From: Marsupella aquatica
Taxonomy: Eukaryota > Plantae > Marchantiophyta
NCBI GenBank assembly: GCA_973895155.1
Contig: OZ316891.1
Location: forward strand, 5,365,708-5,429,707
DNA: 64,000 bases
Direction of reading: 5' to 3'
Shown here: positions 1-11,527 of the stretch, piece by piece
Layout: each line of letters begins with the position of its first letter
How positions within the stretch are numbered: the stretch's first letter is position 1
Notes under the pieces: model-generated
Told to the model about the DNA's origin: nothing
What the model saw: the letters and a program-made list of their open reading frames with translations, nothing else
Databases searched by the model: none
Program-made: the position numbers and the translations under genes

Positions 1-462
1 CAACGTAGGACATGCATGGCGGTGGCATCTCTTCGTTGGTGAAGAGATCGTGAAAAGAGGTATGCAGATTGAAGCAGCCGCTACGCAAGAGACTGGGGAG
101 AGACTGGAGACCTTAGTGGTGCTGAAACTCCAGTTCTTAACTACTACCTTCACAGATTTGCTATCCGGTAGAGATTCTGAGAGCTCTTATTAAGGTCGGT
201 TCAAAATTAGAGGTCCGTTCCCGAAACAATTCGATGTCAAACACAGGAGTAAGGGACAGAATCTTCAGATCGGCATCGGCACTTTTCGAAATTCTAACAC
301 AACCCAATCTGCTCTCGGCTGTTGGCGTCTCTTATCTGTTTGTTCGAATCGGCTTTCCAAGAGGACCTTTGATTCATATATTTCTTGCCGGAACGACAAT
401 TTGCTGGCATAAACTCGACTGAATAGAACCGGCTGTAGCTTTTCTAGTGGCCGCAGTCTAGG

Positions 463-705
463 GACCTCCAGCGGGGTCACCTTTCCCATTCCTGTCTGTC
501 TATTTCCGCCCTGTACAGCTATTGGCAGAGTTCTGAATGATGGGATATTATTGTGACCTCCAGAGGGGTCACCTTTAATTCCCATTCCTGTCTATTTCCG
601 CCCTGTACAGCTATTGGCAGAGTTGTGAATGATGGGATAATTGACTGCCCATCCCTGGGTGGCAATGTAAGAAAATTGACTGCCCATCCCGGGATGGCAA
701 TGTAA
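463..705. repeat. Two ~92-bp direct repeats followed by two ~34-bp repeats with a TGCCCATCCC-GGGATGGCA hairpin core
   Basis: gacctccag.ggggtcacc...ctattggcagagtt.tgaatgatgggata at 463 and 555; aattgactgcccatccc.gg.tggcaatgtaag at 639 and 673. Confidence 0.85.
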
Positions 706-2906
706 GGAAAGTGAGGAGGAAGGAGAAGAATCAATGAAACTTGATCCGAAATCAAATGGCCGCTATTTGACACGGATCTTGGACTGCCGAAGTGAGACTG
801 GATTACCGTGTCACTCATGCAAGGTGTACGTGACGGAAAGCGAACGAACCGAATTAAACAGAATATAAGTTGGGGCAATGAAACCATTGCACACGGAAAT
901 GACGGAATATAAGTTGCGGCAATGAGTGCATTGCACCGTAGGGTGATAGCGGGACCTGGTGTAATTGGGTAGGCAAGGAAATGAACGAAGGGGGCGGGGA
1001 AAGTGGGGATTGACAACAATTTATTTTTTTGCCTTAGTTTCTGCAATCTTAGTGGAGCAGAGTTGTGACGGGAGGGAGCTGGTTTAGCAGCTGGTGTGAT
1101 ATGATAAATTTTACAAGGATGTGAAGGTGAGGAGGGTTTAGGGTACCAGTGCTTATTTCCTCTCTCCCACTTAGGCTTCCTCTCCCCCCCTCACCTTATC
1201 TCCCACAAGATTAAAAAATGAGGAGAAAATGTGAAAGTAAACCTTGGATGTTTTTGATTGTGGCCAATTTCAGCAAAACCTTGTAGCTCAAAAACACACA
1301 ATTCCACATATTTTCATTTTTATATTGGAAATTGGATTTCCATGCGACCTTGAATGTACCCAGTTCAACAATTCGAACTGAATAGTTCAAATGTCACTAT
1401 GTTTGTAGTTTTATTCACTAAGTTACAACCATTCATAGATTTTCAACTTTCTATAATAAGCACGATTGATTGCTACCAATCTTTGTAATGCAAAACGCAA
1501 TATTAATATTGCACATTGCAATTCTCTCAGGAATTCTCCTTCAATATTGGGTACTTCAAGTGCATTGTTGGGGGTGACGTTCACTAGCTACCCAGTTTGA
1601 GCAAAATATCTTACCTATGTGATAGCATTTCATGCAAGAATACAATTGAGAGGTAAACATCAGCAGCCTATGGGGCTCCTGGTCAGCTTGAAAATCAGTC
1701 CATACATCAATAGCTTTAGAGTTTTATTCACTAAGTTACAACGATTCCTAGGTTGGCAATTTTCTATAAACATGACTTGTTATCAATCTTTGTAATGCAA
1801 AGAACCAGAGCCACAACTCAATGGTACTCAAGGTATAGGTATCACTAGTCTCGGTATTGGTAACTACCAATGTTCACTTTCAAATTGGATGAAACTTTGA
1901 TAGGGAGCCAAGATCACTCAATCTAATGCTCTTAGCAATTATATTTGTATATTGCTCATTGCTCAAATTGTAGTTTTGTAGTTTTTTTTTGTTTTTTTGT
2001 TGGTTTAATTTGCCAATTATACTCTTGAAAACAAGAATGGTGGACACCGTTTTGCTAATGGTCTGAGTGACATGGTGTTAGAGCAGAAAACACTCAATGA
2101 ATGCTCTTGCAATACTTGTGTTGAAGTTCTCTTTTGAGTAAAGGTGAACTTTGAGAGGCAAACAAACATGCGGTAATCCTTTTCATCATAATTATGCAAA
2201 GAGCAATACCCACATCGCAAATATGGCCCCTATGATTAGAGTACAGTTTTCTATTGGAGTCAAGGACAACAAGCCGGGATTAGCAGCAGAGGGAGGGAAA
2301 ATATGCAGGTTTGAAATTAAAACTGCTTTATGGCAATAGGCCCTCATATGTATACATCCATAACTAACCATGGTTAAATGTTAACTTAACCTGATTTAAA
2401 ATCAATTAACCATGGTTAAAATCTTGGTTACTAGTCAACTGCGCCACTTCTACTCATTTTTCAATCTAAGAATGTAATTTTACGGACTGAGACTGACTGG
2501 GACTAGATTTGGATCTTAGATCGACCTCCTCAAGCAATTTTTTAAGTTTTCCGCAAGTTGTATCGGGAGTTGGATGCATTAGGAAAAAAAATAGATTTCT
2601 CAAAATCAGAACTTCCCGGTCGGTCGTACACGGTGCTCCTAACTTATTAGTGGTTGCTATACTGGAGGTATTAAAGGGCTAATTTGTGTTTTAAATGCCA
2701 CATGTCATTTTCTGAGTGCATTAGGATGAGATCGATCCACGCCTGCTCTACTGTAAACAAGAGAAGGCCTTGGTGATTGGCTACCAAGGTTTGTGCCATT
2801 TCTTGTGCCATTTCTTACTGAGTTCAAGGAAAGAAAGGCAACGGCCTCAACCCATACTTCACATCTGCAAAAGGAACAGACTGACGACTACTAATGCTTG
2901 GCTCTC

Positions 2907-2918
2907 GTATATATAAGG
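2907..2918 (+). promoter_or_regulatory. Putative TATA box of the repeat/RING gene (also at ~25636 in copy 2)
   Basis: gtatatataagg, conserved as gtatataagg in the paralog and followed by a CT-rich tract; ~540 bp upstream of the ATG. Confidence 0.45.
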
Positions 2919-2977
2919 TGGCTGCATCGCCTCTCCTTCTCACAATCCTGCAGTCGATTTAACGCCCTTCGAGCTCG

Positions 2978-3275
2978 TTTGCTTTCATCTGGTCCGCATC
3001 TCCCGGCGGCTGCCCCACTTCTGCCGAATTGCTTTCATCTGCATTGCGTTGTGTCTGCGTTGTTCGTGAGTTCCTGGACTGCTTTCATCTGGTAGGCATC
3101 ACCCGGCTGCTGCCCCACTTCTGGTGAATTGCTTTCATCTTCATTACGTTGTTTCTGGTTGTTCGTGAGTTCCTGGACTGGTTTCATCTGGTCGGCATCT
3201 CCCGGCTGCTGCCCCACTTCTGCCGAATTGCTTTCATCTGCATTACGTTGTTTGTGTGAGTTCCTGGACTGGAAA
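2978..3275. repeat. Three tandem 99-bp units (putative 5' UTR)
   Basis: (c/g)tttcatctggt recurs at ~2983, 3082 and 3181. Confidence 0.85.
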
Positions 3276-3455
3276 GTTAGTCTGCTGTAGTCATCATTCT
3301 GTTGTAGCTCTCCTGTATATCTTCTCCGACTGATCTACAAGGACAGGACCAGGCTTACAAAGACCAAGAGAGACAGCGTGGTCTGTGCATCGGTCCGTTT
3401 CTATTCCAATTAAGTTTGCATTTTGGGTGCCGATAGAAGCTATACAGCTCGCGCA

Positions 3456-5633
3456 ATGGATACCAAGCATCTCAGTCATGTTCTGGATACTAATGTGCAC
3501 GAGAGTGATGGCGGTGACCAAGTTGCTTTCAATAAGGAGAAATGGCAGGCTGTCACCAACGTGAGGGAGGGAAAACAGCGAAAAACCAAATTGAAGTCTT
3601 CCGCACCAGACGCGGGTGTAGACGATGAGGAGACTGCTCGTCCAACTGGAGACGAGAATGCTGGAGAGGTAGATGGGTGTAAGGTAGATCCGTTACTCCA
3701 GAACAGGAAAGATCAGCCTATCGTGAATGAGGAGGTTGCTGCTTGCGACGAAGCTGCTCACCCAAGTGCAGACGAGAATGCTGGTACTGGTGTAGAGGTA
3801 GCCGAGGATGATTTGACTCCCAATTCTCTCGTCGTGCTCCAGAGCAACGCTGAAAACACGAAGGCGGAAGCGTCGGTGAATCAGGAGGTTGCTGCTGGTG
3901 ACGAGGCTACTCGTCCAAGTGGAGACGAGAATGCTGGTGCAGGTGTAGAGGTAGCCGCGGATGAGAGTGCACTTCATTTGACTCCCAATTCTCTCGTCGT
4001 GCTCCAGAGCAACGCTGAAAACAGGAAGGCGGAAGCATCGGTGAATCAGGAGGTTGCTGCTGGTGACGAGGCTACTCGTCCAAGTGGAGACGAGAATGCT
4101 GGTGCGAGTGTAGACGTAGGGGAGGATAAGAGGGCAGTTACTTTGACTCCGAATTCTTGCGTAGTGCTCCAGAGGAACGCCGAAAACAGGATGACTCAAC
4201 CGGTAGTGAATCAGGAGGTTGGAGCTGGTGACGAGGCTGCTTATGCAAGGGCAGACGAGAATGCTGGTGCGGGTGGAGAGGTAGCGGAGGATATGAGGAC
4301 AACTTCTTTGACTCGCAGTTATTGCATAGTGCTCCAGAGCAACGCCGAAAACAGGAAAATGCAACCGATACTGAATCTGGAGATTGCTGCAGACGGGAAT
4401 GCTGGTGCCGATTCAAATAGATCAAATGCAAGAGAGGTAGATGGGTTTGAAGTAGTAGATGAGTTTGAGGTAAATAGGTCGCTGCAGAAGCCAAACACGG
4501 AGAAGGTGGTCACCAACGCGAAGAAGGGAGATGCAGCACCAGATACGGGTGTAGAGGCAATCGATGTCAAGCATGGCAATCATGTTATGGCTACCCGGGT
4601 GGCTACCAATGATGTTAATGGGAGTGATGGTGGTGACCAAGATGCTGCTAGCAGTAAGGAGGGATGGCAGACAGTCACGAATGTGAAGAAGCAAAAGCAG
4701 CAAGAAGCAATCCTGAATTCTGCAGGTGTTGATAATAATTGGGGAATTAGTTTGACTACAAATACTTTTGTACTGCTCCAAAGCTATGCTCCAAACGAGG
4801 CTGCACACTCAAGTGGACACGAGAACACAGCGAACGTGGTCACCAACGCGAAGAAACGAAGACTGCGAAAAGCAAAACTGGCTCGGCGTGTAGAGGTAGC
4901 GGAGGAGAAGCGGGCAATTAGTTTGAGTCCGAATTCTTGCGTAGTGTCCCGAAGTAATGCTGAAAACAGGAAGACTCAACTTATGGTGACTCCGGACGTA
5001 GCTGATGGTGACGAGGCTGCTCATTCAAGTGCGGACGCAAATGCTGGAGAGGTAGACGGGTTTCAAGTGAATGGGAAGCCAAGCACGGAGAAGGTGATCA
5101 CTAACGCGAAGAAACGAAGACAGCGAAAAACAAAAGTAAAGTCTGCCGCACCAGGTGCCGGTGTTGAGGTAACTCAGGATAAGAGGAAAATGGATTTGAA
5201 CTTCAGCCTGATCAAGCGGGCTTACTCTGGCCTCGTAAAGCTTTATTTTGACCTTACTAGGCCGGTTTCCAGGATGGTTGTTAGGGCGTTTGAATTGCGG
5301 TTGAGAGAAGCGGAGCGAATGGTAGAGCTCAGAGCAAACCAGCACGAGTTGGACCGTGATCTGAAGGAGCTGCCTGCAGAGATTCCAGTTTTTTACCCCA
5401 CTTTTTGTCCTTCCGAGGGACTGAGCGAAGCCCAAGTGAGTGCTTTACGACGACAGATTAAATGTGGAGGGAGTAATGACAGGGAAACGGAACGACAGTG
5501 TCCAATATGTAACGACGAGTTTTTCCAGGGGCAGAGTACAGCCAGGCTCCCTGTTTATCAAGTGGTACACCTTGACTGTGTACCCCTTGGCTCACAAAGC
5601 ATGACCCATGTCCATAGTGTAGGGCAGAATTGA
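3456..5633 (+). CDS. Repeat-rich, low-complexity protein with a degenerate C-terminal RING-H2 remnant (paralog 1, ~725 aa from the first ATG)
   Basis: Single open frame; repeated LTPNSxVVLQSNAENRK / VAAGDEAAxPSxDENAG / VVTNAKKRR modules; C-terminal CPICNDEF...LPVYQVVHLDC. Confidence 0.6.
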   Translation: MDTKHLSHVLDTNVHESDGGDQVAFNKEKWQAVTNVREGKQRKTKLKSSAPDAGVDDEETARPTGDENAGEVDGCKVDPLLQNRKDQPIVNEEVAACDEAAHPSADENAGTGVEVAEDDLTPNSLVVLQSNAENTKAEASVNQEVAAGDEATRPSGDENAGAGVEVAADESALHLTPNSLVVLQSNAENRKAEASVNQEVAAGDEATRPSGDENAGASVDVGEDKRAVTLTPNSCVVLQRNAENRMTQPVVNQEVGAGDEAAYARADENAGAGGEVAEDMRTTSLTRSYCIVLQSNAENRKMQPILNLEIAADGNAGADSNRSNAREVDGFEVVDEFEVNRSLQKPNTEKVVTNAKKGDAAPDTGVEAIDVKHGNHVMATRVATNDVNGSDGGDQDAASSKEGWQTVTNVKKQKQQEAILNSAGVDNNWGISLTTNTFVLLQSYAPNEAAHSSGHENTANVVTNAKKRRLRKAKLARRVEVAEEKRAISLSPNSCVVSRSNAENRKTQLMVTPDVADGDEAAHSSADANAGEVDGFQVNGKPSTEKVITNAKKRRQRKTKVKSAAPGAGVEVTQDKRKMDLNFSLIKRAYSGLVKLYFDLTRPVSRMVVRAFELRLREAERMVELRANQHELDRDLKELPAEIPVFYPTFCPSEGLSEAQVSALRRQIKCGGSNDRETERQCPICNDEFFQGQSTARLPVYQVVHLDCVPLGSQSMTHVHSVGQN

Positions 5634-6439
5634 ATGACATAGTCATATATCTGAAACTAGAGGAGTAGTCTACAAACTGGCGTGTTACGTGAAATGCTAG
5701 AGCTCCTTTAGTGTTGCCATGATGCCCAGCTTCTCAGAGTATCACTGTTTAAACAGGTTTAGGATTCTACTAGCTTGGGACCAGCGGATAGGGAAACTAG
5801 CTAGCCTGAACGGTTTTTTGGGTGCATGGTTTTCTTTAATTTTGATTAATTTGTCGTTGTGTTGTGTACGTTTGTGGTTGCGACCATGTGGTGAATCAGA
5901 ATAATACCCATTGTCGTGGAGCCTTGTTCACTATTTCAGAGCTAACACAAATGTACTATTTCAAAGCTAACACAAATTAATGAATGCTTTAGATTTTCAG
6001 AATGTTTTTCATTTAATTATTTTATGTATATGTAGTAATGAGATGCTTTGTGTTGCACTAGACTCCGGAGATGGTCACGACCCCGCGAATCTGCGTATGA
6101 CAATATTATTAGACTTGGAATTCACTACGGACATAGATCAGATCTGTTAACACAATCCTTTAAGAAACAACGACTCAAAGTGTAGAGATCGAGCTGTTTG
6201 ATGCCAGTTGTTTTGTTTCACATCAAAGAACACCAAACAAGAGCTAAAGCCTAGTTTCCAGACGTAGAATTCTTTGTCCAGTTCAAACGTTTTACAAGAA
6301 ACGAATGCATAGATAGTGCGAATGTTAGTTTTCTGAGAGATCGATCTCTTTATTATAGACTGTTCGCCTATAAATCTCATAGTAAGGACTGGTGTTAATT
6401 GAGACAACTAGTAATAGCGCTTTTGCACAGAACTGTGGC

Positions 6440-6820
6440 GGGACCTCAACAATGTTGTGCTTGTGCTCAAATTAAAGTAATCAGTATGACTGCCATTATT
6501 CTGTCCATATGGTATTCTAAGAACTAATTTGCCTCTCCATTCTCAGGGGTAACGATGTTCACGCCACAATTTGATCTTCAACCGTACCCTCTTCGGTACA
6601 TGTTTCGTCTTGGGCTTTGTGTGGATACATGCTCGAGCTAGTCCTGATTTCGCTCTCCATACTTTTTCCTGTTGGTTACCAAAGACTTAGTCAATATGCC
6701 CCTTGCCAAGCTGATGAGGTGGCCGCACTCCTTGTCTGTGAAGAAGTCCTCATCCAGGAAAGCCCTAATTAACCTGGGCTGCCATGACAGGTTGGTGACT
6801 TTAGTTGGATCCACTGCCAA
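6440..6820 (-). pseudogene. P4H: Intronless prolyl 4-hydroxylase (plant P4H) N-terminal fragment
   Basis: VDPTKVTNLSWQPR..AFLDEDFFTDKECGHLISLA, then frameshifted RTSS, AQDE and ENGE motifs matching the plant P4H consensus; contains stops and frameshifts. Confidence 0.85.
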
Positions 6821-7807
6821 CTCTTATGGGGGTCAGACGCGCGCCATGGCCTGTATTTCAGTTAGCATCCCCTCCAAATCTGCTGAAGCTCCCAGAATCA
6901 TAAACGAGATCACACACAGAAGAACGAAAATAAATTTTCCCTGGAGCAAGTGGGCACCCATGATTAATTACTTCATATATTTGGGAATTGGCCTCATTGC
7001 CACAAGCTCTCAGCGATTTGAAGAACCATGCAACCAGTCGTGATCACGACTGCGGATATCCTTTTGAAGGTGGGCTGAATCTCCATAAGAAATGCAAACT
7101 TCCCTAAAATGAAATAAAAACAGCACGTATCTGTATACACAGTCTCCAAGGCTTCATCAGGGCCTCATCAGCAGAAGCGGCATCTCCAAGGCAACAATCA
7201 CATCTAGTGAACACCAAAACCGAGGGCTGCAGACGCGCGATAATTACATTTCATCATCTGCCGCGGATCTGGTCTTTCCTTTGCTTAAGCTTCCGAACGA
7301 ATATGTGCACTTAATTGATGAAAAACGTGTGAAAAGAAGAATTAGTGGACCAGGGCTCAATGGTAACTTACAGCCGTTGTGCCCTTGGTTAGCATGGTCT
7401 CATTTTGGTTCCTTGTGCACTTTAATTTTTGATGGAAAACGTAGTGACATCTCTAGCTAGCCCCATTTACACCACAAAAGTGAAACTCTTAACCATCTAC
7501 TCCAAGCACTAGCGTACCAAGTAGAGTTGGTGGAGCAATGCCCTTATGTACACTGGGCCTTCCATTTGTTTGGTTTCTCCGAAGAGTTCTTGCTCGATCC
7601 TCCTCTACATGTACTGGCTCCTACCTTTAGAAAACTGCAACAACAAAACTTAATTACAAGGCAAATAGCCGCACTACCCCCTTCCTCACATATATACAGT
7701 AGTACTCTCAGAGGGCAAAAGCCCGAGCTTCCCGCTTTGAATCCTACCCCCTATTCTAGCCCTCCAGTCCAAGCTCAAACACTGTGTTCAAGAATAAGCA
7801 ACACACT

Positions 7808-8407
7808 CACAAGGCAAAACTGTCACATGCCCTCTGACACGCAGGTAGGAAATCAAATTTATGCCATCGTATGTGTGACTTTTACCTAGCTTGATGTTGG
7901 TATTCTTAAATCCTACTTACAAAAAGAACAACCCTAGAGAATTCGAATTTTCCTTTGGGAATAAGTGGGTTTTTGCAATTTCTCTTGTGTTCAGACAAGA
8001 ATTGTTAGACTTACCTACTAACACTAAAACTGCCCATAAATCTTCAACCAGAGCATCTATTTGGGCTAAAAGATGGTGTCAATAAATTCCAAATAGGTAA
8101 TCCACATGGGTAATTGTGATGCATGAATCATTACCTAAACCATTAACTACAGTAAGCAACACAGGTTAGTGTTCCTCTTAAAACTCCCCAAAGAAGTACT
8201 ACATAGCATTCTGGGAAATTTCCCTGCAGCAATATTGGGGTTGTTCTTTAAATCACAACTAGGAGAAACTCCTTATTTCAAAAGTGGGAATGTGTGTAAT
8301 TTAACCACTTTACGTGTTCTCCTACTTCTTTGCTAAAATGATGGGAGAACCTAAACAAAATGGGAGTCAGTATGTCCTGCATGGGAAGTTGACAGATCTG
8401 CCTTGTG
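7808..8407. mobile_element. 600-bp CACTA/EnSpm-like non-autonomous element
   Basis: TIR cacaaggcaaaactgtca / tgacagatctgccttgtg (16/18); 3-bp TSD ACT; empty site in copy 2 at ~31279. Confidence 0.85.
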
Positions 8408-9550
8408 ACTAACTCCCAAACTTAACTGACTTCCACTTCAAGTAAACCCGGCCCCCATACATCTAATCGTGCCCCCAATCACGCATTCCATTATTAATGT
8501 GATTTAAAGGCCTCAAAACTTTGAACTATGCCTTCAACAACAAGCAAGGCCTTGCATTCTTGAACCTTGCCTTACAAGACACAACCACCCCAATTTCACC
8601 ACCCAATCACCAGCTCACACCTTGCAAATATTATCACAGACAAATAATATTACCAATTGATAAAGTAATTCAGAAGGTAACCCCCTAGGAAATCACCTAG
8701 TGTAAAACCCCTAAAACGTGTAAGAACAACTCTATAAAATTAAAAATAAAATTGAAAATAAAATTCAATTAAAAAAATCCCCCAATTTTTGAAGTTTTTC
8801 AGATTTTGTCTCATTCATAATTTTAGGGTCATGTATTTTATTTCAATGTGCCTTATCAAGGGGCATCCTTTGTATTATACATAGATTTTGATTAAGTTTT
8901 TTTTAATCTTAGAGAAAATTAAACTTATTTTGGCAGCCCTCTTAATTTTTAATCCCAGTGACTTTAATTTCTATCACTTGAACACAGGTTTTAAGTCTTC
9001 TCATTAGAGACAAAAATGATTCTAAATTAAAAAGTGAACACATGGTGTCTTAAGTTCCCTTAATGACCTTCTTCCCTGTGTTTATGGTTGTTATTTAATT
9101 AAGTGTCATTAATAAGGCACACTGAATTAAGTGCACACATGGTAGTGCCTTTGTGTCATATCACCTGACTGTACTTTTCATTGGTCAATATGTGCTTTTC
9201 TTTGCATGTTCTATTCTAGTTCTATGTACTCTCTTATTTGATCCACTTACATATCAGTACAAGACAAAGTATCAAGCATGTTCCCGGCTGGATAAGCATG
9301 CTATATCACGCATGCAAGGTGTATGTGACGGGAAGGCGAATGTATTGAATTAAGCGTAATATAAGTTGTGGCAATGAAAGCATTGCACATGGAATATCAT
9401 GAGTTGTGGCAATGAGAGCATTTCACTCTAGGGTGATAGCGGGATCTGATGTAATTAGGTAGGCAAGGAAATGAAAGAAGGGTATGGGGAAAGAGTGGAT
9501 TGACAACAAAAGAATTTACCTTTCTGCAATCTTAGTGGAGCAGAGTTGTG

Positions 9551-9842
9551 CTCGGGGGTCTCACTATATGGGGACCTCCCCATCACCTGCGACGTTTTTA
9601 GGCCTCGGACCCCCTAAAATGTAAGAAAAAAAATATTTTTTAACCCCTATAAAGTTGGAATATTCTTGGAATATTCTAAAAATTGGATTAAAAAGACCCT
9701 AATGTTCTTATAAGTCTCAAAATTGAATTTAAAAGACCCTTTTGTTCTTCAAAAATTCTTAAGTCTTCCCTTAGAACCAATAAAATGACCCTATCCTTCG
9801 TCGCACGTGATATGTCATTTTTGTGGAAGTGAAACCCCCGAG
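9551..9842. mobile_element. 292-bp MITE with an 8-bp TSD
   Basis: TIR ctcgggggtctcact / agtgaaacccccgag (14/15); TSD GAGTTGTG; empty site in copy 1 at ~1060. Confidence 0.9.
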
Positions 9843-11168
9843 GAGTTGTGAGGGGAGCTGGTTTAGCAGCTGGTGTGACATGATAAGTTTTACTAGGATA
9901 TGAAGGTGAGGAGGGTTATTTCCTCTCTGCCCCTCATCTTATCTCCCACAAGATTAAAAAATAAGAAGAAAATATTCATGAAAGTAAACCTTGGATGTAC
10001 CTAGGGGTTTGGTGTGAAGCCCCATCCATTTCCAAAGCTGGGATGGACTAACTCAGAACATCACAATCTGTTCAAATAATTTTTTTTATAGTTTGGACTC
10101 ATATGTGACCTGTAAGTTGCGGCTCACTCAAACTACTCAAGGCATCCTTCATAAAGGTGAAGCCTATTTTCCAAAGTGGTAAGTTGGTGCTTGTGCGCAA
10201 GTACTAAGGGCGTCCTTCACAAAAGGGAAGCGTCTGTTGGCAGTTAGGTTAGAATACTTGACTATCTTTGCACTCATCTTTGATGGACCAAATGATTTTA
10301 AAAAACTGAAACTTCGTGAGGCATTACACTGGACATCAAAGAACATGCTGGAAAATTTTGAGCTGCAGTAGAGATCCAAAAGTTGTTTAAATAATACACA
10401 TGTTTACCAAAACTAGCATTTCTCAGTTGTTGAGACATCTCTATTCTCAAAAGTGAAGTCAGTGCCCTTCTTAAGATAGCCTAACAATGGGGATTTTGGG
10501 TGTAAAGTGAGGCTGCAGTGAGTATCACAATCCATGGGGATGGGCAAAACAAAGCCCCTCTATCCATCTGGGCTTAAATTTCATAAAATATGGAGGAAAA
10601 CAAAGAAATTAACCAAAGAAAAAGAAAATTCCACTTTTCCATAGCAGAAAGCCAAAATCTCTCTCATATAAAAATGTATATCCTGGCATGTACTGGCTAC
10701 ATCCCAAAAAATACTCTACGAACATGCATGTAGTACACCTAGTATCTTTACCTACTTAATATTGATTATCCCTTAGGCATCCCATTTGAGTAAATCCAAG
10801 GGCATCGAAAACCCTAGACTACATCTGATGGTAGTGTATGATTCCCCTCCCTCTTAGTTCTAAGTTTGTAAAGAGTCCATGTGGAGATTTGGGTGGGATA
10901 TATCACTTACCATATTCATTTTGGACCAAACAAGAAATATTTTTCATTTTGGTAGATCAAATCAAACCAAACAATAAAAAACTGGCAAGTTTGTGGAGGT
11001 GTTTTTTCAATTTTGCCACACTTTGGCCAATTCAGCAAAACTGGCAGTTTGGTTAGCTCAAAGAAACACACATTCAAGTCCACATATTTTCAGTTTTGTA
11101 TTGGAAATTGGGTTTCAATGCAACCTTGAATGCACCCAGATCAAGAATTTAAACTGAATAGTTCAAAT

Positions 11169-11513
11169 TGTTAGGATTTACTCTTAGGTCTAGAGTTACA
11201 ACTGTACCATAGTTAAGGCTAACCTTAGTCGCAGACTTGGTTAGGTTAGTCATGCTGTGCACACTCTATAACCAAGCGGTGTTTGCTTGGAGAGGAGGAA
11301 CTCACGCTTATTGTTACGGAGCTAGTTGAGAGATAGGGAGAGCTTGCGCTATGGATGCTTGGTATGGCCGGTCGGCCTAGAGTGCAGTAAAGCTCGTGTG
11401 TGTTCCCGTGGACGTAGCCTCATGAAGAGGTGAACCATGTATCTCTCTGTGTCGACTATTGTGCGTTGGATGGTTCATGGGCTTGTCATTGCAATTGTCG
11501 TCTATGCTCAACA
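11169..11513 (+). repeat. 5' LTR of copia 1
   Basis: tgttagg...ctcaaca, directly repeated at 17101. Confidence 0.95.
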
Positions 11514-11515
11514 AT

Positions 11516-11527
11516 TGGTATCAGAGC
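11516..11527 (+). promoter_or_regulatory. Primer binding site (tRNA-iMet)
   Basis: TGGTATCAGAGC two nt after the LTR. Confidence 0.95.

Larger units (their letters stand above)
816..8468 (+). repeat. Segmental tandem duplication, copy 1
   Basis: Collinear with 9311-31326 from catgcaaggtgta to ccatacatctaatc once the copy-specific insertions are removed. Confidence 0.9.

Noticed and set aside
519-1046. 175-aa minus-strand ORF
   Set aside because: It runs through short repeats, has a non-ATG start and shows no recognisable domain.
3693-5435. Antisense ORFs over the repeat gene (also over copy 2, the copias and element Y)
   Set aside because: Shadow frames of the real coding strand.
9999-11020. 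~1-kb segment present only in copy 2, considered as a possible MITE
   Set aside because: No convincing TIR or TSD; it could equally be a deletion in copy 1.
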